Origin: Phoronis australis
Lineage: Eukaryota; Animalia; Phoronida
NCBI GenBank assembly: GCA_002633005.1
Contig: NMRA01000734.1
Coordinates: 62,001 to 126,000 of the forward strand
Length of the DNA stretch: 64,000 nt
Direction of reading: 5' to 3'
A model generated the notes under the pieces. That model had not been told where the DNA came from, made no database searches, and was given only the letters and a program-made list of their open reading frames with translations. Made by a program: the position numbers and the translations under genes. This document shows, in pieces, positions 35,247 through 48,300 of this stretch; positions within the stretch are counted from its first letter, which is position 1; each line of letters opens with the position of its first letter.

Positions 35247-37494
35247 GTCTGGCTCATGATTGGCAATTAATTGAACTGCAGGCGGTCAGACTTAAAATTA
35301 AAGCGATCAGCCATCTGTCGGTGTCGGTTTCAAAGGAAGTGCGGCTTGTTCGAATAAGTTCCGAGTTTTGCCACTGAATTCGAAGGTCTCATTGACCGAG
35401 TGACTCAATTTAGCCCGCGCGGTCACAAGCAGGCACTAGCCGCGGGGTGAAATTAAATAGCGCCTCCGCGAAGTATCCGCGTCATACCTGGACAAGAACG
35501 CGAAATTAGCGCAAGCTGACAGGTGTGGCAAGTTTCCCCACTCGTGGCCGCCGATGCATGTCGTCCACAGTGAGCCCGCGAGGTACTCCATGGATCTGCC
35601 CAACCCCGGCCGCTTCAGTGGGCGCCAGGGCCTGAGCGAGAGGCTGGTGTAGCCAATAATGCCCGCCGGTCCGTGAAAAAATGGACCCATGGGTCGCTTT
35701 TTAATGGGTTCTAAATTTAATGTGAACTACAGTGAAAAAATTACCCATAGAAATAAATTATAGTTTTTAAGGTTGGAAAGCAATTTTAATTGCTTTTGGC
35801 AGCGAGCACATAAAATTCCGTCTTTAAAATTCTTGCAGTGCATCGCTCGGGATCATTATGTCAGTGTAGGGCGGGAAAGATACTCAGGTTTCGTACCACT
35901 TAGGACGCGCCTCTCTGTACGTCAAACAGAACTATAGCCAGATGGAATCAGGAGCTATCTCGTACTGGCCCATATAGTGCAGTTTCACCGTACAACGATG
36001 ACACATGTGAAATCCGAGAAGAAATGACAATGATAGTTTTGGCTACAAGAAACACGGTTGTAGAAGTCAATAAAAGTACTATTCACGTGACCTTTTTTAA
36101 TTTGTACCCACTAAGTGTCAGACATCAGAATCGTCTGTGGTACTATACCAATAATTACATGTATTTCACCATTCGAAGATGAAAAAGGACTGAGATAGTG
36201 CAAACAGTCAAACCTTTTACAAAATTCTTCTCTATTCCTCTCTGACGCGGGATCTGAAGTCCCCCCGGATTTAGCACCAGGCCGGTCGACCGCACCAGTG
36301 ACCCCTGCGCCTTGTTCACAGGGCGTAGCGAGTACTTTCGGTGCCCTTGGGGTAAAATGAGTGCGCCCCCCGGTCAGCAACTCCTTGGCGCAGCACCCCC
36401 TCGGACGACAAAAGCTCCCGCTTCCTCCTCTGAAGTACCACCTCCTTGGCGCCCCCCCGGTCTACAAAGCTCTGGTCCTGGTCCTTGCCTTCTCCTGTAG
36501 ACATCTCCAATTAAATGGCGCCCCCCTGGTCGTTCGTTGTGTAATGTTCCCCAGGTTAACAGTCGCCACCTTTCCTCCCGGAAGTCCCCGGCTTAAGAAT
36601 TGTCTCACTACCACTTTACCCAGATCACCAATCCTCGGTGGTTTTATTTTTCGATAGCTCACCCACGCCAGTAGCCCCCACGGTGAGGTCAGATATCAAC
36701 ACCCGCGCATCGAACATTGTTGAAAGATCCCCTATTGCGGGTATCATGCCTGCTTATCCCAACCCCCTGCTGCGGGGGAGCTGTTGATTCTGTACAACTT
36801 TTCACGGACGTGGGGTCATTTTTTCATGGGTTGAAAACACATTAAAATTATACTCCGTGAAAGAACTACCGGGACCATTTTTTAATAGTGAAAAATGACC
36901 CATGGATGCCCTTCATGACTCGGCCGGTCAAGGTTGGCTTAGATGTCTACATGTTCAGAGTTTCATTGAAAAATTGATGATCCTGGTCGTTTTGTTGAAA
37001 ATAATCACGGGTCGGGCTTTAATAGAAATTGAAACTGAAGTTGAATCCATGATGGCTGGGTAATTATTGAACAGTCGCTTTGAAGCCGGCCTCTTTCTTA
37101 CCGGGGAAAACGGAATCAGAAATTCAAATTGAGCAGCAGTTTAGCTCTGGCAGTGTAATGAATTTATTACCGAAGTGGTTTAGGATCTAAATACATTTCT
37201 TTGTTCATACGAACTGTTGCCGAATGAGCCGGCAACGCAACTCACAAGGACTGGCGTGCATGCGGCATTTCCGAATTTGCAATATTAAAGAGGCATGGAA
37301 CACAAGTACTCGTAAAATAACGAGATCGTGGCGAATGTACTTCTTGGAGATGCTAACGTGAGAGTTAATCACTTTCAACATGGCCAAAATTTCCAGAAAA
37401 CATCGCCAGATTCACTATTTTTGAAACGCATTGTAAATATAAACTTTATAATCCCAGTCAACAGTCACCGCTCCCAATGATATATATATATATA

Positions 37495-39452
37495 TGGGCA
37501 ATTCCAATTGTGACTGACGTACAAGCAGAGAACATTTTAATCAATTGTGAAAAAATGTTCATCCTAGGACAATAATTAATACTTCAATTGATAGGTCTCA
37601 TTGATAGCTTTCAAGGCGTTTATCAACTTTTCACCTATCTTTTTATCTGACATGCATGTCCATGAAAGTAATAATGGTGATGTTTTAAAAATATTAGTAA
37701 CAGGACTTCAGTATCTTCTTAAAACAAAATGTGAAGCATGATTTAGTAGATAGCATCGGCTTTTGGCATTCATGTTTTAATTCAAATCACCAGTGCTGTC
37801 TTCCAGTGTGAAAACAAGACATTGTATCAAATTAATTGATTTAGGATTATGATTTAGGAATATGTAAAACTAACTTATGAGATGTTGGCTTCTGTTTAGT
37901 GATTTATAATGATTAAGTTTTCATTCATCTCTTAACTCGTGCTTTCTTTTCAAATTTAAAGAAAGGCTTTAAATAATGTCACATCACAGAACGCATAAGT
38001 ACAATTATGAATTTCTTGATCCACGGTGGCATTTTTTGAGTTTCAGAGAATATTCTGGCAGATATTTATTCTTCTCCCAGTTGCATCTGTTCTTGCCGTG
38101 TTCTCCAACACATTTCCCCTATCGTTTCTAAATGCCAGTTTAATATCCTCGAAGCTCAGCGGAAAAAAATAGTCTTAATTCTTAAAAAGATTGGGGAATC
38201 AAAAATATGTAAGATGAGACAATGTTATCATTTGCTATGAAAAAATTTCACACAAGCCACCCAAAGACCAAATATACTGAAAAACACAAAAAGAGTGACT
38301 ACAGTCAGTGAGGGTGTGACAAAAATACTCAATAAAGCAGGTGACAGGTTCCTACACTTAAAAATGCCTCGTATCCACTTTTTCAACACAAAACACAGCA
38401 TAGCAGGTCAGAGCAGAAATAACATGTTGATTCTAGCACATTACCAACTTGACATGTATTCCTTTAGTTATCTTGTAATTTATACTCTAGAACACCGCAT
38501 CTTGAATTTCCCAAAAGCTAAGCATTTCTTTACAAACACAGGGTACCAACAGAAAAACAATAAGTTCTTTAAATTAAAATTTTGTTTTATTTACATTTGA
38601 TAATGTGGTCCAACTGTCTGATTTTAATAAGTTGAATTCTACTAAGAATAACTAGATGACATTGTAAACTATAACTTTTCTGCAAACAGTTTGGAAATTG
38701 TAAAAGTCCAATGCATTTAGTTAAAATCTGTAGCAACTTCTTCGCATAATTTTTAAAGCTGCCTTTGTGATATTTTATCATTTCAAGGTTCTTAGGTGTG
38801 AGTTATATTTAATCTTCTGAAAATTTAGAAACGAAAAATATGACGTAAGGTTATTTTCATTGGCGTAAAAATTGTAATTTCATGGGTGTGACGGATGTAC
38901 GTGATGGACGGACAAATTTGCTGTACGTCTGTCACGCAATTTCTGACTTAACGAATAATCTCTGGGACCTAAAATTTTGGTCAATAGTATTGAGTAACAA
39001 GTTACAAGAGAATCTGAAATTATTTTAATTTTGATTGAAAACTTTTAACGTAACAAAACTTTTTAACACTTTTTTTGTGGTGGACGTACGGCATAAAGAT
39101 ATCCAGGAGTTGACCTTTGACCCCAAGAGGTGGATCGTGTGCCAGAGTTGAAATGTTATTTTTTATAAAGTTTGGGGCTCATGTGATTGCACAAATTTGA
39201 TAGTATAGTGAAATACCCACAATTAGCTTTTTATAACAATAATTAGCAACACACATGAAAATCGAGCTAATTTTTTAGGGTGAAGTGATCCCAAAAATGG
39301 GTTCATTTAGGCAAAAAATTTGAAAGTTATAATGCAATCAAATATGAGTCCTGAAATTAGAGAGAATGGGCTTTCAGATGAGACCAGAAATGTTAGTGTA
39401 GCTACAATTTTATTTTTTTTGTCCCGAGTTGGACCTTTCACGGAATTGCCCG
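37495..39452. mobile_element. About 2-kb non-autonomous DNA transposon inserted in a (TA)n tract
   Basis: (TA)n|TGGGCAATTCC ... GGAATTGCCCG|TATATA; AT-rich interior with no credible ORF. Confidence 0.6.
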
Positions 39453-40049
39453 TATATATGCGAACATGCGCTCAAAGAGTCGAACTGACTGCTGCTTGAA
39501 ATCACCGTAGTTATGTTTATATCAAAGGCCAAAGGTCACATTTTCCACATAAGGGAAAATGTGCTGCGTCAATGTCTTGCCATATCGAATAAGAAGACGT
39601 GCTTTGCCGTATGGGCCAACCGACTCACACGGCCTCAAATCTATGGGTCAGTTTTGAAGACGTATGGGTCATCAATTTGAGCCTGCCGTTCATGCATTTC
39701 ATCCAGTGTTTGCACACATTATTTTGTTTTTGCTAGTGATGTATAGGGCTGCATGTCTCCTTCATTTTTTTTATAAAAACCTCTGTCATTTTTGTTTCTA
39801 TGCGTGTTTCATTGCAAACTGATGTCTACGCGCAACTTAATGGCAATCTCTACGATTCATAAATTTCAGCTGAGGTAATTGTTCGGGGCTGTCCCTGTTA
39901 CGCTAGTTACGACGATGTATTTCGTAAAATATGTCCTTAATCGACATTTTACGGGTCGAAGGGTGACACAGTGTAGCCGCGTCTGGCTACAGGGATGATA
40001 TGAAGAGCATAACTAGAGACGCCGTTTGTATAACACACTTTATTCGGTG

Positions 40050-40935
40050 TAGCATTGGCAAGCGATAGAGTTACAGGCGATGAGAAAAGTGCCCGAACAA
40101 GCCTTGAATCAGATACCAAAGAAGCGTTGAAAAAGTCAAATCGAACAAGCATTGACAAAGTATGAAGAAAGTCCTGAATTCCGAATGCAGATTTGTTGAA
40201 CGCGACCACTTAGAAGACGGTACGCCGTCAGATGTCACCGAGTCAACTGAATCTACAGCTTCAGAGAAAGTGTACCCCTTCCACAAACAAATATGATTCT
40301 GATGATGGAAAGAGAGAAGTCCTGGAATGGAATGGCAGAAACAAATCAGGTGACGTCGAAGATGTTCAACAGGATGTAATCCAACCTTTAGGTATAGCTG
40401 TGTTCACTAATGATGTTAATAGTAATGAAAAGGTCCTGAAATCTGGAAGAAAACTCGTTCAAAAGGACTACCAAGAAAACGTCACGAAGTCAGATTTCAC
40501 CGAGTCCACCGACTCTACATATTTGGAGGAAGTGTGCCCCATTTCCACAAAGAAAGATGAGATGGGGAAGACAAATGTCCTTGACAAGACGGACGTGCCT
40601 CATGATGGAGAAAGAGACGTCCTGAAATTGAATGGTAATGGCAAACTAGGCAACGTTGACAATGTTTCACAGGAAGTCAACCGACAGTCAGGTACCGCTA
40701 GGTTCGCTGACGATGCAAACAGTACAGGAAAGTCCTGAAATCTAAAGAATACCCCGTTCAAGATGACTATCTTGAAGACGTCAAATCCAATTCTAGGACT
40801 TAGCTGATTGATGAGTTCGATGACGATGCTGATCGTAAGAGAAAGTCCTGTCCACTTAGAAGACGTCACACTGTCTGATTTCAATGATTCGACTGAGGCT
40901 ACAGTTTCCGCTGCGATTGGGGAAACCTTTACATA
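40050..40935 (+). pseudogene. Decayed exon encoding an acidic protein with internal repeats of about 90-100 aa
   Basis: Repeated peptides KVLKS..(V)Q.D(Y/H).E(D/N)V..SD(F/V)TEST(E/D)ST and DG.R(E/D)VL..NG..K.G.V..V.Q.V, broken by frameshifts and stops around ORF 40232-40738. Confidence 0.5.
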
Positions 40936-41043
40936 GGACACATGACGCTCCACATCTAAGACTCTGTGCAGCAAATCCGGCAGCGTCGAAAGTGTTATTA
41001 GAAAAAGATAGTAAGACAAAAACAGAATTACAAAATGAAAGAC

Positions 41044-41172
41044 AAATTTAAGTAATAAGCAAAGAATAAGAAATTTTAATTTCTTATTCTTTGCTTATTA
41101 CTTAAATTTCAGTCTTTCCATGTTAAAACATTCATCAGTCTTTCCATGTTAAAACATGGAAAGACTGATGAA
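41044..41172. repeat. Two adjacent perfect palindromes (32-bp and 20-bp arms) plus a short direct duplication
   Basis: 41044-41109 and 41131-41172 are self-complementary; 41109-41130 duplicates part of the second. Confidence 0.9.
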
Positions 41173-41788
41173 GCAAAATAAAAAATAAAATATGACAAAT
41201 AAAAGATAAATAAACTAAGGCAAGATTATAAACTAAAAATAAAAAAAAAATAAAAAATAATAAAAAATCGTGCAGAAAGTTTGTGAGACAATGAGAGACG
41301 TTCAAGTAGCAACTTGGCGACTGGTCACGTGGGACCAGATACCAGTGGCCTCTAGAGGACGAGGAGGCATTTTCCGGGTTATATGTTTTGTTTAACACTT
41401 ATTCGGTGCAATCGTATTCACTGTAAAAGGGTCTAGCTGTAAAGATAAAGTAATTTCGTGGTTCAGCTAGGTGGCGATATGAATCACCAGTCCTACGTGA
41501 ACCCCCCAATTGCTTCCTGTAGGTCTCCCATTCTTACAGTTTAACAAAAGGTGCCTCGGCACTCCTCAGCCAACAAACAACAATGTACACCTTGTGAGAG
41601 GTGAACAGAGTTGTTTCAGTTTCTTGTGAAGTAACCTATGAGTTAAAATGACATTCACTTTCAATCTCATGAACAGTTTTAAAACTGCTAGAATAGGCAC
41701 CTGTAGGCACCGAGTATAAACGAGAAAACACTTAAACCGTTTTCCTTACATAATGCACAAGTTTTCAGCATAGTATCAACTACAAGTT

Positions 41789-42044
41789 ATCTACAATACA
41801 TTTTGAAACAATGGTTCCCACTTGTCTACATTGAACAAGTACGCCAACACACATCTACAATACATTTTGAAACAATGGTTTCCACTTGTCTACATTGAAC
41901 AAGTACGCCAACACACATCTACAATACCTTTTGAAACAATGGTTCCCACTTGTCTACATTGAACAAGTACGCCAACACACATCTACAATACATTTTGAAA
42001 CAATGGTTCCCACTTGCCTACACTGTGCAAGTACGCCAACACAC
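41789..42044. repeat. 64-bp tandem repeat, 4 copies, just downstream of the gene B stop codon
   Basis: Units start at 41789, 41853, 41917 and 41981 (atctacaatacattttgaaacaatggttcccac...). Confidence 0.92.
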
Positions 42045-42215
42045 CATCAAACCCAAAAGGATTAACAACGAAAGTTGTTATATGCATTTCCCATCCACTC
42101 GTATTTCAGTACTGGAGTTGAAGCCAATAATTTCCACATCACGTAAAATCGCAAAAATACAGAGGGAATCGAGTCAATCAAGTTTCCCAAACTACGTAAG
42201 ATATCACAAAACGTC

Positions 42216-42343
42216 TTAAGGCTGATCCATGAAATTGCTTCCTTCTTCAATTACTAAGCTTTCTTGCATGAATTCAACACTTCGTGAAGACGAGTCCTCG
42301 TCTGCGACCAATCGAGGTATCTTTGGCGGCAAACCTTGCATTC
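42216..42343 (-). CDS. Gene B last coding exon
   Basis: ttttttgcag acceptor; GMQGLPPKIPRL...FMDQP-stop. Confidence 0.75.
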
Positions 42344-45300
42344 CTGCAAAAAACATGTATAATAATAGTAACACATACAGCCAAACCAGAGTGTAGTATC
42401 CTTGCAAAGTAACGATGTGTAAAGGCCAGGGTGAATAATTGTAAACAGTTTCGGTGCATTTAAGTGTTCGGCAGTCGAGAGGCAGCCGTGACACGATGTA
42501 CACGTATATGGAAACTGTCTGGACATAAAAGGAACGTTTGATGTCATTTGTTTTTGGCCAAAATATGAGTACTACGAGTACGAACTTTATAATCTGATTT
42601 AGGTAATCTTTGTGCCGATGGCGGAGACTCGAGACATTCACCGGACAAAGTTGTGACCGCAGGATGGTGTTCGTCGAAGTCGTACGCTGAAAGCCTGTTT
42701 GTGCGAGGGAACTGACTACAAGTTGACCGTGTTAATGAGAAGCTGGACTCTAACTCAACGTTATTAACTTGGGTGCCCTTGGAGAGTGCTCGACCTTCAG
42801 TTGTTATTCAGTTTATTTGCACAGATTGGTCCCAGTTCCATGTCGATGGCATAATATTTTCCGTTTTAAGTCCCCCTGCTTCTAAAAATACACCAGGGCT
42901 GATATTAGAGCTCCTAGAAAGAGAAAGGTTTCGCTGCTTTCGTAATGTGCACCGTGGGGCTTACCAACAAAAAGCGCCTCTGGATGAGAACAGAACGTGA
43001 GTGTTTAAATAGCAAAAAAGTAGTCTACTTTGCAGATTGATTGTGCAGGAATGCATCAGGCCCACTTACATAAAAGTTCTACAGAGAGACTGTTGAATTC
43101 CGGTTGATCATTGGGACGCCTATGATGTCAGCCAACACGGTTGACACCGAGCACCTAAATATTCTTGATATTTCACCCAATCACGGCAGTTATCTCTTTT
43201 ACACATAACTTAATTGGTAACAAATATTTCACAAATTTTGAGTATAACATAATTCTAGGGAACAACTTCTCTATGTATTATAAAGACACCAACGCACGAC
43301 AACAGCAAGGTTGACCGGGACGGCACTAAAAGTTAACTGTTATGTACTCACCTTGCGCAGATCATCTAACTCGTACTGAAATGACTTCAAAGTTTGGGAA
43401 GAACAGATGATTCATAAATGCTAGAGACCTTGCTGGAGAAGTTGATATGGCCCGCATTTCATCATTTTAAATAAAGTTATAACCAAGTTCAGAAATCACT
43501 CTTAGAGACTTGGGTCCCGTTCCAAGAAAACTGGCTTAGCTAAGACAAATATTAAATTCAAGCAAATTTTAAGATAAAACTTAAATTTGTCTGAAGTCCT
43601 ATACAAAAATACTTTTTGACTAAAAATGTGTATTAAATTTGACGCAACTTACCGGATGTAGAAGTTCGGAGGTTGAGACTTAATTAAGTTATAATAAACT
43701 AAATTTAGTTTCTTGGAAAGGACCTCAGACTTGTAACAGTGCGTGACCTTGCTTAAACGACAGAAGGTAGGTTTATAGCATTCTATGAACCCACAATGCA
43801 TCTGTTATTGCCGTCTATCGTGGTTTCTATATTTTAGCATAAGGTACAGCAGATGTTATCGCATCGCTCACATTCTGTATGGAAAGAAACTAAGCTGTAC
43901 AACTTTCCGAATGAAATGGTGAACGCATGTCCTACTACTAGGCGACAATCATTAACTTATAAATAAATAAATACAAATATTAGAAAAGATAATACGAACC
44001 CGTGTCTTCGCCCATAGGTGCGTCGCAGTCAGGCGAAGATGATGATGATCTCGAATGCTCAGAGTCTGTTCCAGCAATAGGGGATCCATTTTCCATGTTC
44101 TGAAAAGGAAACAAATGCGAGCCATGCTCAACACGTCCGATGCAATTTATGAATATAGTTCGTCACTTACAACCATGAGTCACCGCCAGAAAAAACAAAT
44201 CTTTGATTCACAAATCCTACTATAGACTCAAAAAACACGGCTTACCCAACCCGAAACACAGCTCAAGGGCTCACATTAACGCCCCACGGACTCTTGTTGT
44301 ATTCTTCAACTTTTATTCTCAGTCTTATAATTGCTTACCGTGGTAGAATTCTATTTCAATCACCAACAAGAACACGAAAACCATCAGCGACTCAAGAAAA
44401 TGCCTTGCACTTTATTCGGGTTGGCCAACCCAGAAATGGAGCATGTATGCATTGAACTGTGACTTGAGTTACCAAACGAAAACTAATCCTATCATGATAA
44501 GGAACACTATGGGAACGACTTTATAACAGCAAAGGGGCCGATTCGATTTTCGCTTTTTAGCCAGCTAAACAAGGCGATTTAGGGCTTTAAGAGGTAAAAC
44601 ACACAAATGATTCCGAATTACAGCAAAGTATAGTGTTCGAAATAAAAAAGTGCAAATTCAAACTTCGTTGTCCACAGACGGCAGAGTGAAAGTGTACACC
44701 TTGTCTAGACGTTGTGTTTGCGGTTAGAGAGCAGTGGATGTGAGTCCGTGAGCATTGCTTTTTTGGAGCGTAAGCCTTGTTTCGTGTGCTCGTACACAAG
44801 CTTGTAACTAACAGTGCAGCAGACCAAGAAAAATAGTGGGGATGGGACGTTTACATGAAGAAAAAGTTTCTTGGTGTACGCATTGTAACTTGGTGTTGAT
44901 ACAATGCCTATGTTATAATGATTAATTACATAATAATAACCGTATAATTAATATAGTCGCTAGTACACATGCATTGATGAGAAGCAGGAGAAGGTGCTTG
45001 ACAAGTGCGTTGCATTGTGGGTAAATGCATTAGAACGAAAGTAGTGCTGTGCTGCTACAGGACGAGTCATTTTATTGCATCTGGAGTAAAGGCCAATATT
45101 TAAGATGCAAAATCAATAAAATTCCTCCGCCGTGTTGGGGCAACACAAAGCGAACAATTATAAACAAAGGGCGGTGAATCTGCCGTTGACTTAATCCAGC
45201 AATCTGAAATTATCAGGCAATCGCCGGCCTATATCAAAGCAACGACAAGCACTACCTGCGTTATTAAAAAGGACAGAACTTTTAAGCAAAAGAAAAGAAA

Positions 45301-48300
45301 TCAGTTCAGCAGGTCAAAACAATTAAAGGAGGACATGGCTACTAAACCTACAATAAGCATGTCTCTAGTCTTCACGAACTTGTCCAGTTTTTCACGTTGT
45401 ATCAACATCCCGGGATAATCAAACAACATCTTCCAGTTGTAGTCGTGCGTTGGGTCCCCCCTGCCAATATCTTCGGCCAAAAATTTCTGTCTTCTGCACA
45501 GATCCAGTGCACTGTCGTATATACTCTCCATTCTATCGGCATACTCAGTAAATTCATCTGTAATGGAACATTCACAGATTACTAGGAAACATTCGCATCT
45601 AGTCCCATTTTTATTCACTTGCTGCATCGTAGTGGTGACATTGAACATCGAAAGTAGAGTCACTCCTTAACTCCATCCAAAACAATTTCCATTTCAATTA
45701 TCACGTCTATTATATCATCTTAATTTTAGCAATTATAATCATTAAGTAATACCTGTGAATCTTTTTTGTTCGGCCATTTTCTTCAGAACGAAGCCCAGAA
45801 GGATGGTGGCTCTCACTTGCTCAATAGGATCATCCTTCTTAAACTCAACAGCCACCTCGTGAGCACACTCAGCTAGCTTTAAGGCTTTCTCATTCTGAAT
45901 CTCTCCTTCTAAGCACAGTTTGCTGTAATTACACAGCAGTTTTAAAGACAGACTGCTCTTATCCAAATTATACTTCTTCATAACTTTGATGGCCTCGTCA
46001 TACCACTTTCCGGCTTCTGAATATTTATCTGCCTTGTCACCAGTGGCACTGTGACCTTGTAAATGACAACACGCGCCACAGTTCATGTATACAGTGATAA
46101 GAAAGGGGTGGGATTTGCTGCCAAGCACCTTTTTAGCCATTTCAAAAGACTCAGCGTACAACTGACATGCAATGTCGAACTTTCCCTGGAAATCAGCTAT
46201 GAGCGCTTGTTGGTTAATAATTCTGACCAAGTGAAGAACCTGAGCATGGCTGGTGAAGAATGACCTTGCCTCACCAATCACCGCAGAGGCCTGTTGATAA
46301 TCTTTTTTCAGATATAAAACTTGGGCCCGAACAAAGCAATAGTGAGCATACAGCAACACACAGCCATCCGTGCCTCCTGTACCTTTGAAAGATTTTCTTT
46401 TCCTGAGTTGTCCTTTAATTGGTGATTCCACTTCATTCAGTATTGCTTCTGCATCTTTCCAACCTCCTGTCGTGTCCAGATAGTCAAAATGTTGTTGAGC
46501 GATGAACAAGCGAGCTAACATGGCAAATAGTTGATTTCCACTGGATTCCGCAATTACGAAATACTTTTGAAAAAGCTCTAACCGTTCCTTGTCTTGTCGA
46601 AGGATTATAGGAGTTCCCATGACATTGAACATGTGCAACGCTTTAAGAAATTCGGATTTTCTGGAAATATCTGGGAGATGAATACCATCTAAATTTCTGA
46701 GAGAAGACACGATACTCTGATAGTAGCGGATAACTTCTTTTAGAACTCGTGAATTTTTTCCAGTTTCCGATTTATGACAAGCATTTTCCAAAAAAGCATG
46801 GAAATAAGAGCAGAGTTTAGCTCTTGCATCACGAATCATTTCTGTCTGTCGTTCTGACATCGACCAAGAACCCAGAAAGTCACGGATTAGCGACGGGACA
46901 TAGTAGACGTCTTTGGAGTCACTCCTTGACGCACTGTTTAATCTATGTGGATTATCAATTCCTAAACAACGCCTTGAGAGTAAAACCTGCAGAAACATAG
47001 AACAGTCTTCACCTAAAATCGAAGTTGCAGCTGAGACGTCAAAAACTGATTGAAATAAGGAGAGTTTGAGAATGGCGTCTTGATAATCTGCTCCAAGAGC
47101 TAAGTAGGTGTCTTTCAAAATCTCGTCAACTTCAGCAAACTGTGACCTTAGGGACCGCTCACGCAGTACCCGTATCAACTCCTTAGGCTTACTTCTCGAT
47201 TCTTTGAGTCGTGATTGAACTAAAAATATCAGCAGTGGCCTCTGCTTGCATATACCACTTAATTCTTTAAAATCTTCGTTCATGACAAGAAAAGAGCTCT
47301 GAAACCAAAAGAAAATGTATTTATAAATATGGACGCAAGTGACGATAATACACAACAACATGAAGAGAAAAAAATAGAAACAAGAACGGGAAGACGTGGA
47401 TAGTGTACAACTGCTGGTTGGTCATTGTGTTTAGTCAATAGAAGAGTATGCAGAAACAAGTTGCCGACGCTTCATTTTGTTAGCCTTTTTACGTCACTTC
47501 GTTGCATGCAAAGGTAATTAGGGCCAAGGAACGGCAATGAACTTTTGAAAAAATGTCAGTCTACGATAACCATGCATTTTTAGTAAAAGTAACACCAGCC
47601 ACATTTGCTTACCGGTTTAAAATAAAATTTGATAAGGAACAAAAATACTGTTTCTCAGTAAAATGACACACCTTATCAATTAATGCATGGAAAAAGTTGG
47701 TAACAATTACTGCATAATACCTCTATATCTGTATCAGAAGTAAGTCTCTGAAACATCTTCACACAATGATCGATGGGCAAGATGTCCAACTCAAGTTCTT
47801 GAAGAGTTCCTGAGAAATGTGAACGAATTCCGTCTATCGCTTTTGGAGGAGTCTCCGCACCACCGTACTGGACCGTGTTGGTTGACGTAAACAAAAACTT
47901 TACCTGGGGGAAGGCAAATACATCACACTTGACGTGGGTTTACTCATAAAAGTCATACCCACTACATCGACTGAAGATTGCAGCTTTTCGGGAATACCCG
48001 AATCACTTCAAAGTTGTCCACATACAATTTGAATGTTATATTTAGTATCGAAAACATTACCAATTAAGAATTATGGAAAAAAATCATTAATTCTAACACC
48101 AAAATCATTTCCCAAAACATCTTTGACGAAGTTCTCGATTATCCAATAAACGGGAAGACTTTTTGGGCCATTCATTGCAAATCGCGTCTAAAGACTATTG
48201 CGAGGCTTTAACATAGAACATGTCTTCCTCCAAATTAAGCTTCAGTGTCCAAACAGATAACATGGTTCTAAATAATGTTAATTTTTGTGTAGTTTTTGTA

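Noticed and set aside
35600-36930. Single TIR transposon spanning the GC-rich region
   Set aside because: Repeat-like motifs (aaaaatgaccc, gcgcccccc) are present, but termini and TSD could not be defined.
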